Of a DNA stretch of 64,000 nucleotides, positions 33,001-46,490 are shown one piece after another. Position numbers and translations under genes: made by a program. Source of the DNA: Lingula anatina (taxonomy: Eukaryota > Animalia > Brachiopoda); NCBI GenBank assembly GCA_051362555.1, contig CM120640.1:56336788-56400787 (forward strand), written 5' to 3'. The notes beneath the pieces were generated by a model. The model saw nothing but the letters and a program-made list of their open reading frames with translations, was not told the DNA's origin and made no database searches. Position 1 is the stretch's first letter. The number at the start of each line of letters is the position of its first letter.

Positions 33001-34525
33001 ATCTTTAAGTGTTGTAAAACAATGAAATAAATTTTGAATAATTTTGGTTGTTACTGGAAAAGTATTACTTTCTCTATACATGATACTTTTTGAAATCATG
33101 TTTTCTTTACAGAATATAATTTGTTGATTTACAAGTAAAACAATCAGCTCTATGTACAGTCTAATCCCTAAAGATGATGTAACATACCACACATACTCCT
33201 ATCTTTGATTCCATATTGAAGATTATACCCAGTCAACTGAGCATGTCCCAACTCCTGACAAGATGGAAGTTTCCATTCCAGATACAACTGGCCAGGCATG
33301 TGGCTCCCCCAAACCTTCAGTTGTGGACTTGAGGAAGGAACTGGCAAAAGGCAAGTGTTGATATAATTTTAAAAAATGTTAGTCACAAGAAAAATTTGTT
33401 TCCCAATCCATTACCTAACTGTGATAATCAATAAGAATTTAGACATTTCATTTTAACAGGGATAGTGTACCAGATTCCCAGTCTTAAGATTTTAATAAGT
33501 GGCCCACAACTATTTCAAATATTCAGAGGTTTACACTGATGCATTATATGTTTAATCTGTTCCTTTTTTCTACCAGAAAGGCATACATGCAGTTGGTAAA
33601 ATGTACCTGCCATATAATGATACAGACAATCTGTCCACTGTAACCCTGCACTTCTTCCTGCCCTCTCAAGTGATGCAGCATACAGGATATCATCAGGGAC
33701 TTTGGTATCCAGTGGAACTTCATAATGGCCCCTTGAGGCAGGCAGTGTTGCCCAACTCATTTCTTCCTATAACAATATTATCTAACACATAGAACACAAT
33801 GGGAATGTTTGCAAAAACAATTGTGTTGTTTAAAGAAAAATAAAAATAGTGACTTCTCTTTTTAAAATTCCAATTATAATTGAATTTATCTGATTAATAT
33901 TACAAAGGTAATGAATTGGGCAACATCTCTATTTCTTTTATTATTAAAGTAACTTGTTGCCATCAGTCTAATTTTTAAAACTTTTTCAGATGGTTGCTAT
34001 TAACATAGCTAGGCTCATGATAAAAAAAGAAACACTGTTTGAAAATAGTGATTATTTTCTTTTTTCAATTTTTCTGTCAAAACAGGATATACATTTTGCC
34101 TTTTGCTGTGAATGCTGATAATTCCAAATATTTAATTTAGTCTCAAAACTCCAGTTATTTGATTTTTAATGTTGAAATTCTTTTAATTGTAAATTGTAAA
34201 CAGTATTATTGAATCAACAACCAGGACTGAGATTACGCTTAATCTATACAATTTGTGTTAACCAACCAACATACTTTACACATGTGGTCCGCTCCCCCTC
34301 TGCACCAATATACAGTCACGTTTCCTACAGTGGGGGACCATCTCAACATAACACTGCCATTCTTCAACATAGATGCTATGTTCTTCACGTGCAGAGAATC
34401 TGAAAAAATGTTTGAAATATTCAGAAATGTCAAATTTTTATAAGGTAATTTTAATTAAAATGCTTAAACTCAAGATAAACTAAAGAAACTTGAGAGATAC
34501 ATGTATGGATAACTTTTCAACTTGA

Positions 34526-34556
<31 letters not shown>

Positions 34557-37500
34557 TTGGAACGATCACCTTAGTATATAGACAGACAATTACAAAGAAT
34601 GGCAGATCGATTCAATAAATATCTGCAGAAAGCACCAGAATGAAAAGAAAAATTTAATTTGTTACATATATATGTAAATAGTTACCATTATTGTTAGTAC
34701 AGTGAACTGGTTAAGTGAAAAAGATATCCATTATCTTCCTTTCAATTTCTATGAAAAAATATATACATGTATATTATATATTTCAATATACTTACTTCTC
34801 CTCAGAGGTAGAACAGCCCATGATGCCTGTGGTGAAGGTCCTGCCTTGGTCCAAGCCTTCAGCAGTACAGTGTAGTGCAGCTCCGTGGATAGGTGCTTTA
34901 CAGTGGCTTGAGCACCACTCCCAAAAACTTTCAAGGTGATGTTTCCTGGATACAACTCTAAGGTATACCTAATTATCCTGTTTGTGTACTGTTCTTCCAT
35001 TCTCTGAATTCAGAATAGAGATATGTTTACTTTCTTTTTGACAACTATGGCTATTCTGTTTTTTAAATGACATTTTTTGGTAAAATCACACATCATTACT
35101 TCATTAACTGAAAAATTTGATGACTGTTGATTTCAAAACATGTAACAAGCATTGCCATAAGGCTAATGTAAATTTTGCTGTTTGGAAAAACAGCAAAATA
35201 TGGGGATAGGTCAATTTAAATCAGTTATAAAAACACACAGTTATGCAATGCCTTGTTTCCTTTGGAACGATCACCGGGAAGTTCACATGAAAACTAGTCA
35301 ACCAAAAGTGTTTTTTTAACAATTCAAGTACTAGAATGACAATTCCATCCATCAAATGTCTATCAGAAGTCATGCAAGCTATTAAATTAAGTCATGAAAG
35401 TCACATTTTGCTCTGATTTACTAAAAGGCTGGTCTATTTTGCCCACACCATTCACAATTATCCATACATTTCACTGCAACTTAACAGCAAGTGCCAATTT
35501 AAACCAATGTTTACACATAGTTTGTTCTGACACATAATGTCATCTTCAGTTTCACTGCACTCATTTGGCTCCTCAAGGTGATTTAAAACACAAACTTCTA
35601 TTATAAATTCCTGAAAGAGTTTACCTTCCAAAAAAAAGTTATGTGTCTGCACTTGGCACCACATCTGGTGTTGCTGTAACTCCCAGAATTAACTACAGGT
35701 GGCTCAGTTGGAGCTATAGAGAAAAGACCAGCACAGGTCAGTTTTGGTGACCCTAACGCCTCGTATCTCAAAAGTCAAGCATGCACAGACATTAGGTTGT
35801 TGATCTTGTGACACTGTGAAGTTTTCTAAATAATTTGTGAATCATTTTTTGTTTTACTTCTTTATTAAAAGATTTGGTGTTTATACTAGAAGTTGGACAA
35901 ACTGGAAACTGCATCCTAAGTAAACTTGACTTAATTTCTGTACTACATCACTGAACAATTTGAAACCTTTTTCACCAAAATAAGATATTTTAAACTAAGC
36001 CTTTGAATAAATTACTACTGAATATTTTTTTACATATTATAAATGTACATTCTATTAAGACCAGTAATTAATGCCAGCAAGTGAAGATTGTAAAATGTGT
36101 CCACATAGTTTCACTGAAGTCTTTCCTGTAGGTAAAATGCATAGTGTAAACAAATCAACTGGCCTTCATCTAGTGTGACTGCACTGAGTATGGCCTCATC
36201 ACTGTCATATCCCCCACAAGATGGCACTGCTATTACAAGGATAGTGTACCTCACAGCAGGGAACAAGTTGCGGATAACCACACTGGTAGTATTCACTGTT
36301 AAAACCTGTTTATCACAAAAAATTTAGTTAAATTTTTCAGCTCTCCAATAAAATGGAAGGAGGCAATTCAAAACTAATAATCAAACACACTTACAAGTTA
36401 TGTATATTTCTTGTAAATTATCAGTTAGCATGTGTAGATGGTGTATCATGAAATATTGCTATAAATTTCCCACTAATTGAATGTGCATATTATAATTATC
36501 TATTCAATAATATTAATAATACTACCTAAAATCCACTCAATTTAACCCAGAGGTAATATACTCCATTATAACCTACATTAGATGTCCTGGGAAGCCAGTT
36601 TGCATGCCCAGTATAAGAGATCCTGAAGTTGAAACTGAGGAGTGTTGCCAACTCCATTTGTGGCTTTTCCCAAGTTAGTGATATCTTTCTGGATTCTGAA
36701 ACTGCTTTCAAGTTCAGCACTTTAGATGGTTTAACTGAAAAATGAAACATAATTGGATTCTAACATTATCCATAAAACTAGACAGAAAAGCTGACAAAAA
36801 TACAGATATTCAACAGAAAAAAGTAACTCAAATTGCTATATTTCAACATAAACAAGACCATCCCAGTAAACACAGAAACAATCCAAATTTGCAATGATTA
36901 CTGATACTTCCAAACCATGACTACACCTCTTGTACTGAGCTTGTTATTTCACACATTGATTCTCTATCTGAAGCATGTGTATAGATACAGTTCTTTGCTC
37001 TTATTTCACATTTCAGTTCATAAGAAAAAAAAGCTGCAAGTACAATATTCAAGTTAACAAGTAAAACAAAATGTGATCCAAGTTTAACATGCCACAACCC
37101 CTTACATATTGGCAATATACTGGATAATAGAAAACACTAGACAACAGGATTATGAATAAAAGAAACATGTATTTTTACCAAAGCCAATCTGTAAATGTGA
37201 AGTAAAAAACATGGTATGGGCCAAACATTGCACAAAAATCAGAAAGACAAAATGCAAAAACAAAAGATTTTTAATAACTTTCATAACAAGGCAGCAAAGC
37301 TGTCAAATGTACACACACACACAAAAAAAAACAGAAAATAAAGATGCAAAATAGGTCATTTTGTCAATTTTGATGCAATAATAAATAATGCCTATAATAG
37401 CACTGTCAGTCAACACTGAATTTTAATCATGCACAACAGGTAACATGGTCAATAACAGGAGCCAACCCAGAGATATTTTCTGACAGTATTCCAAAGTATC

Positions 37501-40500
37501 TATGTTGATCCATCCTCCATTTTGATGGTCTTCCAACAGAAAAAAATAGATACTGGTCAATATAAACTTAAAAACCTGCCCGTCTTCCGGAAGACCCAGA
37601 AGATGGTCTCAATCCACCCCTTCAATAAGATTACAGTTTCAGGACCATAAGAGTTCAAATTCACATGATGAAAGTCCCAATATTTGAAAAATGATGACAG
37701 TGCATAAAATAATATTACATAATGTTTAAAGACATAAAAACCAATACAACTGCTTATGTGGAAATACAGAAAATGTGCAGAGCCTCAGGCGGGTGGGAGT
37801 TAAAAGTCATAAATGCCAGTGTTTGAGAAAAAATTAAACATAACATAACACAACTAGGAAAGCACTCCGAGAGTGCAGACCTCTGCCAAGGCAGCAATTT
37901 TTGATTATTATTGATTATTGATTGATTATTGATCCGAACCACCACCAAAAACTAATCATAGTCCTCCTTGACCCACTTCTGACAGTTCCTGAAAATTGCA
38001 TCAAAATCGGTCCATAACTTTTTGAGTTATGTTGATGACAGACAAACAGGGGTGAAAACATGGCAGAGGTAAATATAATTCCAATGAAGCTGCTATTCAA
38101 ACTTTTAATCTTTGAGTTTGATATTTATATATATATTAAAAACTTATTTGCAATATTAAACAAAATTTACCTGCATAATTATCACTGCTTCCTTATTATT
38201 AATCTAGCAGAGAGCTTAACCTTTGGGAGTTTACAGGGAAATATCAACAAGTGTGCTTTATGTAATCTCATTTAATGGCCTATTAATTAGGCAAATGACT
38301 TTATAACTCTGAACTTAGCCTAGTGATACCCAAGGGAAATTTACAGACTGACCCTCTCAAAGGTCTTCAGGCCCATAAGTCACACCTTAAGAAAAGCACA
38401 AAACAATAATGCACAAAATAGGAGACTACCAATTCTGATGCAATAAAACATTATGTTTAACTGCACAGTCAACATCAAATTTTAATTTTGTACAACAGGT
38501 TATACCGACAAAAATAAAAGCATAAGGTTCAGGCCCATCAGAGTTCAAGTTTATACTTAGAAAAAGCCAGAATGAGAAAAATGAAAATTTCACAAAAATG
38601 CATAAATTTAATAAAAATGATAATCCAATAGAGCTGGTTTTCTAATATGAGCTGTATGTCAATCCTAAGAATCATTCTTGTAAGACTAGTTGAAAAAATA
38701 GTAAAAAAGTAACAGTTTTCTTTCCATAATCCTAATGGTGGCAGTGCACAAAGTAGGTTTTTTGTCAATTCTTTGTCAACATTACATAATGATTAACTGT
38801 AAAAATACCACCAATTTTTAAATATCTACTATTAAAAACATGGACATTACACTATATTACCCGCCTTTTCCTGTTACACATTCTACAATAATTTTGTCTT
38901 TTTGTTCATAATAACTATATTTGCCTATATTATAAAAAGTACGAGACCTGCCACTTTACTTTGGATTATCATAACTGGGTTTTGGGCTGCATGTTCAAAA
39001 ACTTGTATACACCAAAACTTACTCAGTTTTCCCACATCTAGTCGATGCTGAACCTCAAGCTGTCCATAGCTGTTGTTGACCACCAGCACAAACTGATATA
39101 GCTGATTTGGTTCAAACATCCAGCCCATTCTCTCCTTAGGCTCATTACGTACCCAGCGGCAGCCATTAACAATAGGATTGGGGCAAGGATGGCTGTCTTT
39201 CCTGGAACTGACAAAAATTAAAAATCTAAGGTCATACATTAATTTCATTTTATCATTTAATATGAGGCCAGCATCTGGATAAAAATCTTTTGTGTAATGT
39301 AGAAGTTTAGAAGTTAAGGTGTATTTTATATCTTATATGTAAAGTTTACGTCATCAATTATACACTTGAGTTAGTAAAGACAGAATAAAGAGCACATGGT
39401 CTCTCAAGCCACCAGCTTCTCAAGTCAATTATATTTTGTTTTCCCCAAAAAAGTTAAATGTAGCTGATATTTAATCAAGTAAAGAAAAAGAACTTAATTC
39501 AAAACAAAACAAAACAAACTGTAGTCAAGCTTTCTACATTAGGACTGCATGCATACAGTTTGCTTAATTCACTTAGCACAGAAAATGATTTTCTTCTTTT
39601 TTTTTTTTTTCAAAATTTAAACAGCTTTGTGTCAATTTTGTCACTTCACCATCAGAATACAAGCACCTCACACTAAAAGTTAACAGACAGAATTTGCCTA
39701 AACATCACTTATATATGTGACATTTTTATAATGGCTGTTTTCACTCCAGCAGAGTTATTTAATGGCTGTTCAGTAACAAGAAAAACACTTCAGGAAACAC
39801 TGGAAGGTTCACAGTGTGAAGAGTTTACAACAAACAAGTACTAATCATTCTTTATAGTTTACAAATGATAGTGGCACATTAACACATTAAATCAAAGTAT
39901 TTCCTACGTTTGAAAATTCTTGATTTAACATTTAACACAATTAAGCACTATGCACTTATGTGAAAAAATCATCAAAGGCAAGTTTTTTGGTTCTAGCACT
40001 CATGCACCATGTTATCTAAAACTTTGGGAGCTATTTTTACATCATAGATGCAGAAGTTAAAAGTGAAGAGGTACTTTATCCCCAGATTAAACATCTGTTA
40101 TGAAGAATCTGTATCCGGTAAGCCTCATACAGTAACTTTATATTTGTAAAAGAAAAAAAAATGTTCTTTAGTCTTAATTTTTCTTAAATGTTGATTTTAA
40201 AAACTGAAACATTTTGAAGGATATAACACTTACAGGTCTCATTTATTTTCAGTTGCCGTGGAGCAGTTGCAATATATATATATACTAAAGACAAAAAAAT
40301 CGAAAATTGTTTCTCAATTTTAAAATGAAACAAACCAATTTGGAATTTAGACATCTAAGTGCTGCAAAAATACAAACAGATAGTAGTTAAAAACTTTCAA
40401 CCAATCAGGTAGTATTTCAGCATTAGACTGATCATGTATACACCTTGCATTAAGTAAAACAATAGAGGGGTAAAGTACTGGTGTGAAATACTCCCTGGAA

Positions 40501-43500
40501 ATGGGTTTTGTATTTTCAATAATTTTTCCATCATTCCTGATTTACCTCTTTTATTCAAAACAGTACGAAACAAGGCAATGCCCATGATGGCAGATGAAGT
40601 TTATAATGACTAGCCAGTCATTTCAACTAAAGTATTAAACCTAAAATAAAAAAAACACCGAATCCAAGTGCAGAAAAATCTATTTTGGCGGGAAAATCTC
40701 ATGGAGTGTCCCTTTAAGGCATGCAGTAGGTGTTGTAGGAATTAGATGAACAGTGTATGGCATAAACATTCAAGATTCACTCAAACATTTAACACCAAGT
40801 CAACCTGAAACCCAAAGTTGAAGGTAAATAAATGTAAGGTTGACAATAGGAAATTAAGGTTTGAAGAGGTTTTCAAAGATAACAAACAGCAATGTGATTT
40901 GCCTGCTCATGACCAAAAGTTCTAACATATTAAATACAATATAAAAGCACAAATGTGTCAAATCAGACCAATAGCTTGAAGTGTGCAGTTAAAAAAACGC
41001 TGACATTAAAACATGCAATAAAACATCTGTTATGCCAACATGTATCATCATCAGGAGCATTTCATCACTGGGAAAACGTATGTGCAATGTACCGAAATAA
41101 ATTATCAAGTGTGAAAACCCTTTCACCAGCTCCACCTTTAGATGCCATACATAAATATTCTGGTTAAATTCCTTGCATTAAAGCTATAGGCCACCATCAC
41201 TCGATTCTGACTCTGAAGGTTGGCTAAAACAATTCCACCTAATCACTTAAGCAAACAAGCACTATTGGCAGGTTAGTTAAGCAGAGAGTAAATGCCCAAG
41301 CCGAATCAATTACTTGGTTTACCAAAAAGCATGCTAAGCAGCAGACTTAAATTACTTCAATGGAATTGACTTACATACTGAGAAAATTTGCTCATGCAGA
41401 TACTGATGCAGCCTAAAGCAAGGTGGATTTTTTTCTGTATTCTTATTCTTTCACAAGTTCTCAGGCAAGCAAGAAAGCAAAATGCTCGAACTTTTAACAT
41501 TTCACATACAGAGCAACAACCTTACGTTCCCTGAATCTCATCTTTTTACCCCACACACGTATTGTACTTTCAGAATGAGAATCATCTGAGATAGCCCAAA
41601 TTCTCAAAATTTAAAGTAAAAGCAAGATTTTGTGGGATTTGGAGAAAAGTGGGCTCAGAAATAGGGGCAGACTAGTATTTGCAGTGCTGCATGGATAGAA
41701 GCCTCTGACTTTATCCATGAGTATTATTCTCATTTTCTTATCTTTTTCCACATTTTTCTGATTGTTTTTTTTAAGTTTGTAAAAGAATGGCCTTTTGCAT
41801 AACAGAACTCATTACTTTTGCAATATGTTTGAAGACAACATTAAAGGGATAATAACTCTTCGTATGAGATCTATATTTCACAATAAAAACATTGTGAAGA
41901 ACTCATAGAAATATATTATATTTTGTTTTACAACAAAAACGTCAGTTATAGCTGTCATTCTGATGTCTGAGCTTGTCTTTAGACCACGTGACCTCCATTG
42001 ATGGCTATACTCTGTTATAATCTCTTAAGAGATTATAACAAAAAAAAACTTTTTAGAAAAAAAACCAGGGACTAACTTTGAATGTAAAAATAGATTCATT
42101 AATCATTGGTAAGTATGGGAAAATTGTTGTTTACTCCAGGAAAATTCATTTTTGGGCCAAAACGAAGAGTTATTATCCCTTTAATTCCCAGTGCATAGAG
42201 TTTCAGCCTTATTGCTAAAAGGTTAGCCACACTTTGTGTGGATTCTCATGTTTTCTAGTCTGAAATGACATCACACAGCGCTGAATGTCTCGTTCTAGGA
42301 TATCTCGAATTATTTTCTATTAGGGAGCCCTGCTTAGGTGAGGGTGAAAGATAATCTTCTTACTATGGATACATGGTCCAAATTAACTTGACATCATCTT
42401 CCTCGCTATGTCTTCTTTCCCAGGTACAAACCATTTCAACTTGAGCATAAACAGTACAGGTAAAATTACTGGGAGGGACAGGTGGATCTGAAATGCGAAA
42501 AGTTAACTTGAACACATTCAAAGTCAATAAAATTACAGTATCACCTTTCCCATCATACTGCTTTCAAATGTATGTCTATTTTTTTCTTTTCAATTTTCAA
42601 AAGATCTTCAAAAGGCATTTTCAATCTCTTTTTGTGACCTTCAGTGTTATGCTTATCTACAACTACGTAAGTCAATAATTTACTTTATTTTGGTGCAAAA
42701 TATTTACCTCCTCTACCTCTTATCGATATACATTGTACATCAGAAAATTCAATGTTAAATGCAGATGTCAAGGTGTAAAGGTCAAAGAGTGAAAGCCAGA
42801 TGAGGGCGATCTAAAAAGACATCAAAGGCTGAATTGACAAGAGGTCAGTAAATGTTGTCTAAAAAGGTCAAAGAAAGCCTAACTGTGAAGGTCAGGTGCC
42901 TTAAATAGTGGGCTAGGGATGACCTGAAAAGGAAGTTTACAGGACAATGGGAGTAGAGATCAAACAGTGGCCTAAAATATTTTGACCAATTAAAATAGAT
43001 CTGTGGTACGTACATCATATTGGGCTAACTTTAACGGAAGGGTCATTTTTGGAGGGTAAAAGCTGAATGCATGGCTTTTAAGAGCTTTAAAATGCTAAAC
43101 ATTATGATTAGTTTCATACCTCCAATATGAATAGTTGTGTATGCAAAATTTTGACAGTCGTCACTTGGCATTTTCCTTTCCTCTGCTGACACATTTTGTC
43201 TGCACTCATAGATCCCAGAGTCTGCTTTGGTTAAATTGCTAAATGTCTCAGTCAGGTGTCCCGTGTCTGAGCATATGTGACGTCTCTTGTCATCAACCCT
43301 GCTTACACATAAAGGCTTCTGTCCAATAGTATCATTTGCAGTGCATGTCAGAGTTAGATTGGACATCACTGGTAAATAGGGGTCAGTAGGGGTAAGATCT
43401 GTAATGTATTAAATCATTATTAGCATAAGGACCACACCTTAAAGACCATGTGCACATTTGCAAAACATCAAAAATTAGATGAAGATATATTTTGACTTTA

Positions 43501-44021
43501 AACACCTACAAAGTTGTAGGTTTTATCTCCATATGACATTTTGTAAATGAGCAATTTCTGCTGGAGGTTCTATAAAGATCGGACTTTGTTTGTTTTGAAA
43601 ATATCCCTGCACGCTGCTTAAACTATCCAAATGAACACTCCTTAAAAACCATTCTGATTATCCTTGAAAAAAAAAAAAACAGTTCTCAGCAAAACAATCT
43701 ACATGCAATCTTGCAGCAGATTGTGGGCAGTATTTTGTCATTTTCAAGCTGCCACAAGATTCACTGGCACAAAAGGACGTAATAAACTATGTTAGTGTTA
43801 AAGATACTGTATAAGTATAAAGCCCTGGAAGGCTTTTTCTTAGCCTTTTTCAAAAAAATACATTGAGCATCTCTTGATTCTATATATGTTTTGTAGTATA
43901 TAAAAAGTATTGAATTCATTAAAATAATTGGAAATAAAATGCACTTACAAACACAAGACCACACCTCTGACACTAAAGCACTGGCAACCATTGAAACCGT
44001 GTAAATCAAAAGTGGCATCAT
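30071..44021 (-). CDS. Type I cytokine receptor, gp130/domeless-like (signal peptide-Ig-CHR-3xFN3-TM-cytoplasmic tail), ~958 aa, 17 coding exons
   Basis: Phase-consistent exons: 44021-43949, 43398-43120, 42487-42364, 39207-39023, 36734-36577, 36305-36164, 35713-35625, 35003-34796, 34399-34275, 33766-33607, 33340-33197, 32845-32684, 32525-32438, 32154-32055, 31877-31614, 30859-30645, 30431-30071 (2877 nt). Ig motif DSGIYEC; CHR motif PPVPPSNFTC...MVCTWE; FN3 motifs LFPAVRY and LSPKQSYCVRIQAVSEAGKGP; TM IGGLAGGTIVAITMVGIGIYSCF; Box1-like IVITLPDDP. Confidence 0.85.
30944..31501. mobile_element. Harbinger-like ~215-bp MITE (TAA target duplication) interrupted by a Kolobok-like MITE
   Basis: TAA at 30941-30943 and 31502-31504. 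An uninterrupted reverse-orientation copy lies at 49490-49704. Confidence 0.8.
31084..31423. mobile_element. Kolobok-like MITE (TTAA target duplication)
   Basis: TIR AGGGATAATAACTCTTCGT / ACGAAGAGTTATTATCCCT, flanked by TTAA. Second copy at 41845-42180. Confidence 0.88.
34529..34556. repeat. (CT)n microsatellite
   Basis: Direct dinucleotide run. Confidence 0.9.
37853..38072 (+). mobile_element. Short HINE-like element, family C
   Basis: Starts ACTAGGAAAGCACTCCGAGAGTGCAGACCTCTGCCAAGG. Subterminal inverted motif ACCTCTGCCA (37879-37888) / TGGCAGAGGT (38061-38070). GACA microrepeat near the 3' end. Confidence 0.65.
38090..38850 (+). mobile_element. Family A element fragment
   Basis: 38216-38850 is nearly identical to 1-640. 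38090-38215 matches the reverse complement of ~45860-46070. Confidence 0.8.
41845..42180. mobile_element. Kolobok-like MITE, second copy, opposite orientation
   Basis: TTAA at 41841-41844 and 42181-42184. Same TIRs; body is the reverse complement of 31084-31423. Confidence 0.88.
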
Positions 44022-44590
44022 GGGCTGGAGCTGATCAGCACTTTACATCATGTGTCAAGCATCGTTACACACCTGTGAAGACAAAATTAACACATGTCAA
44101 ATTCAAGAAGATAGCACATTAATATCAGGGAAAGTTGTACTTCAAGACTCAATTACATAACAGAATCATCATATTGGGGAACAATTTTTTAAATTAATAA
44201 TTTTCAGTAATTCTTAGTAAATGCTTCTACAAAAGAAACAAATCATGGAGTTTGCATGACCTAACCTTAAAAATGAATGCATGTACCTCACTCAATTTGG
44301 CCCATAAATGAGCGCAGCAGCCTTGTAAACAGGTACAGGAGCTGAGCCACCATGCATTTTCAACAAATGCCAGATATATATGCCTTAAAAGTTTTCACAA
44401 ACAATTGATACATGTATGCAAACAAACTTGAAAAAAAAAATGTATTTCAGAAAATTTTTCCTGGAACATCTCAAGTAGCACATAAACACAAAAAGATAAA
44501 GTTTAAGCAGGGAATGAGATGATGACATAATATAACTATTTTGAAAGATTTTGTTCACATAATTTTCCTTACAATCCAGTGTCAACTTTT

Positions 44591-46194
44591 TATGTACAGA
44601 TGCAGTCTGTACATATAGCTGTCACCTGCGTCTGTCGTCACCGTCGCCTGTCGCCGTGCACTCAGCGATAACATGATAAGTGGAATACCGTTTTACTTTT
44701 TGTATTCAAACTTACAGAACTGATGAATTATTATTATAATATGCAGGTCAAGTTAGAAAATTGGCATGATCTTGCCATTTTTATAATAGTTTGCTGTTTT
44801 TTTTCACTTTTTCAGCATATATGCAACACCTATCACACATTTTAAGAGAAATCGATAGGCCAATTGTCTTGAAATTCACAGGAGTGATCAATGTTACTGA
44901 AATACAGATTAAGTTTTGAAAATAAGCTTGATCAGTTAAGTTTTGGTGAAGTTATGCCTTTTTTTGTAAATAAGTGTTTTTTCCTCAAATTTAATTCTCA
45001 GGCATGTTAACAGTCTCATTTTTGAACTGATTAGATATGTAAAGTTGTTCTTTTGACATTTTCTGCATCTTAACAATATTGTCAGTTGATTATTTAAAAA
45101 TGATGGTAAACCTGTTATTGTGTATTGTGTAATAAAGTGTCAAAAATGGGAAAAAAACTCATATCTTTACAGTTTGTCAGATTCAATCATTCACTATGTG
45201 CAGAATCTCAGAATGGAGCAAATTGGACATTTAAAATTGTTCCATTGATATTTTTCTTATGTCAACAGTTTTTTTAGTTGATCATTTAAAAATGACAGTG
45301 AATTGATTATTTTGTTTTATGTTTAAAAAAAAGGTGCTGAAAATGGTAAGAAAATCATTTCAGTACAGTTATCTCTTGTTTACATTTTGGCATTTTGAAG
45401 GTGTGACTCTTAACTTCCATGGCCTTGAAGACCTTTTCATGTCACATTTTCTGAATATCCATGATACAGTACTTTTATTTTATTATTAAAAATTGATGGT
45501 CATTATACTGTTAAGCATTATGTAATATTGCATCAAAATGGAAAAAAAACTATTTTGGACACTGATGACCATCAAGGGAAAACCATGTTACTTATGGTAC
45601 TTACTGAAAAGTGCAGCTTGTGTTGGAAAATGGTGTGATCGTTTTTCTGTTTTGTAAGCAATGCAGTTCTATAGAGTGCTATATGATGGTACTGTATGGA
45701 TGGCAGTGAGTATGAAATTGTCCCTTGGGTGATCACTAATTAAATTAAGGTCTATACAGTCACTTGCCTAGTAATTAATTTTCAATTGGCCATTAAATGA
45801 GATTACATAAAACACTCGTTGAGATTTTCCTGTAAAGTCCCATAGGTTTATCTCTCTTAACTGTGTCACATAATTAGGATTTGGGGATAATTATGCAGGT
45901 AAATGTTGTTTGATATTGCAAATAAATTTACAACAGAAAAAAATTTGTGTTATGCCAACATTAATGCTATAGATGAGTAACAGTGCCTTATTTTTCTCAA
46001 ACTCAGTGGGGTTATTCATATCATGTCAATACAGCTAGATTAAAAGTTTGAATAGCAGCTTTATTAGAATTGTTTGTTACATTTTTATTAAATTTTTTTA
46101 AAATTATTTTTCAAATACTAGTTTTTAACTTACAAGAATGATTCTTAGGATTGAAATACAGCCCAAATTAGAAATACAGCTCTATTGAATTAAT

Positions 46195-46225
<31 letters not shown>

Positions 46226-46490
46226 ATTGAGTTTAAGCAATTTTTTGTGTGAAATTTTCACTTTATCTCATTCTGGCATTTCCAAAGTATGAACTTTAAC
46301 TCTTATCAGCCTGAAGCCTTAGGGACCATTTTCAGACCCTATCACGCTAACTGTGGATCGCTTTTTCCAAGGGAATTCTCGCTAAATGCAGTTTAGCATA
46401 ATACATTAGTGCATCAGAATTGACAGTATCCTATTTTCTGCATTTTTATTTTCTGGTTTTTGTCTGTATATTTGACAGCTTTGCTGCCTT
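44591..46490 (-). mobile_element. Family A HINE-like element, older copy
   Basis: Shortened terminal hairpin TATGTACAGA-TGCAG-TCTGTACATA; body homologous to 1-2148 and 22378-24180. Confidence 0.7.
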
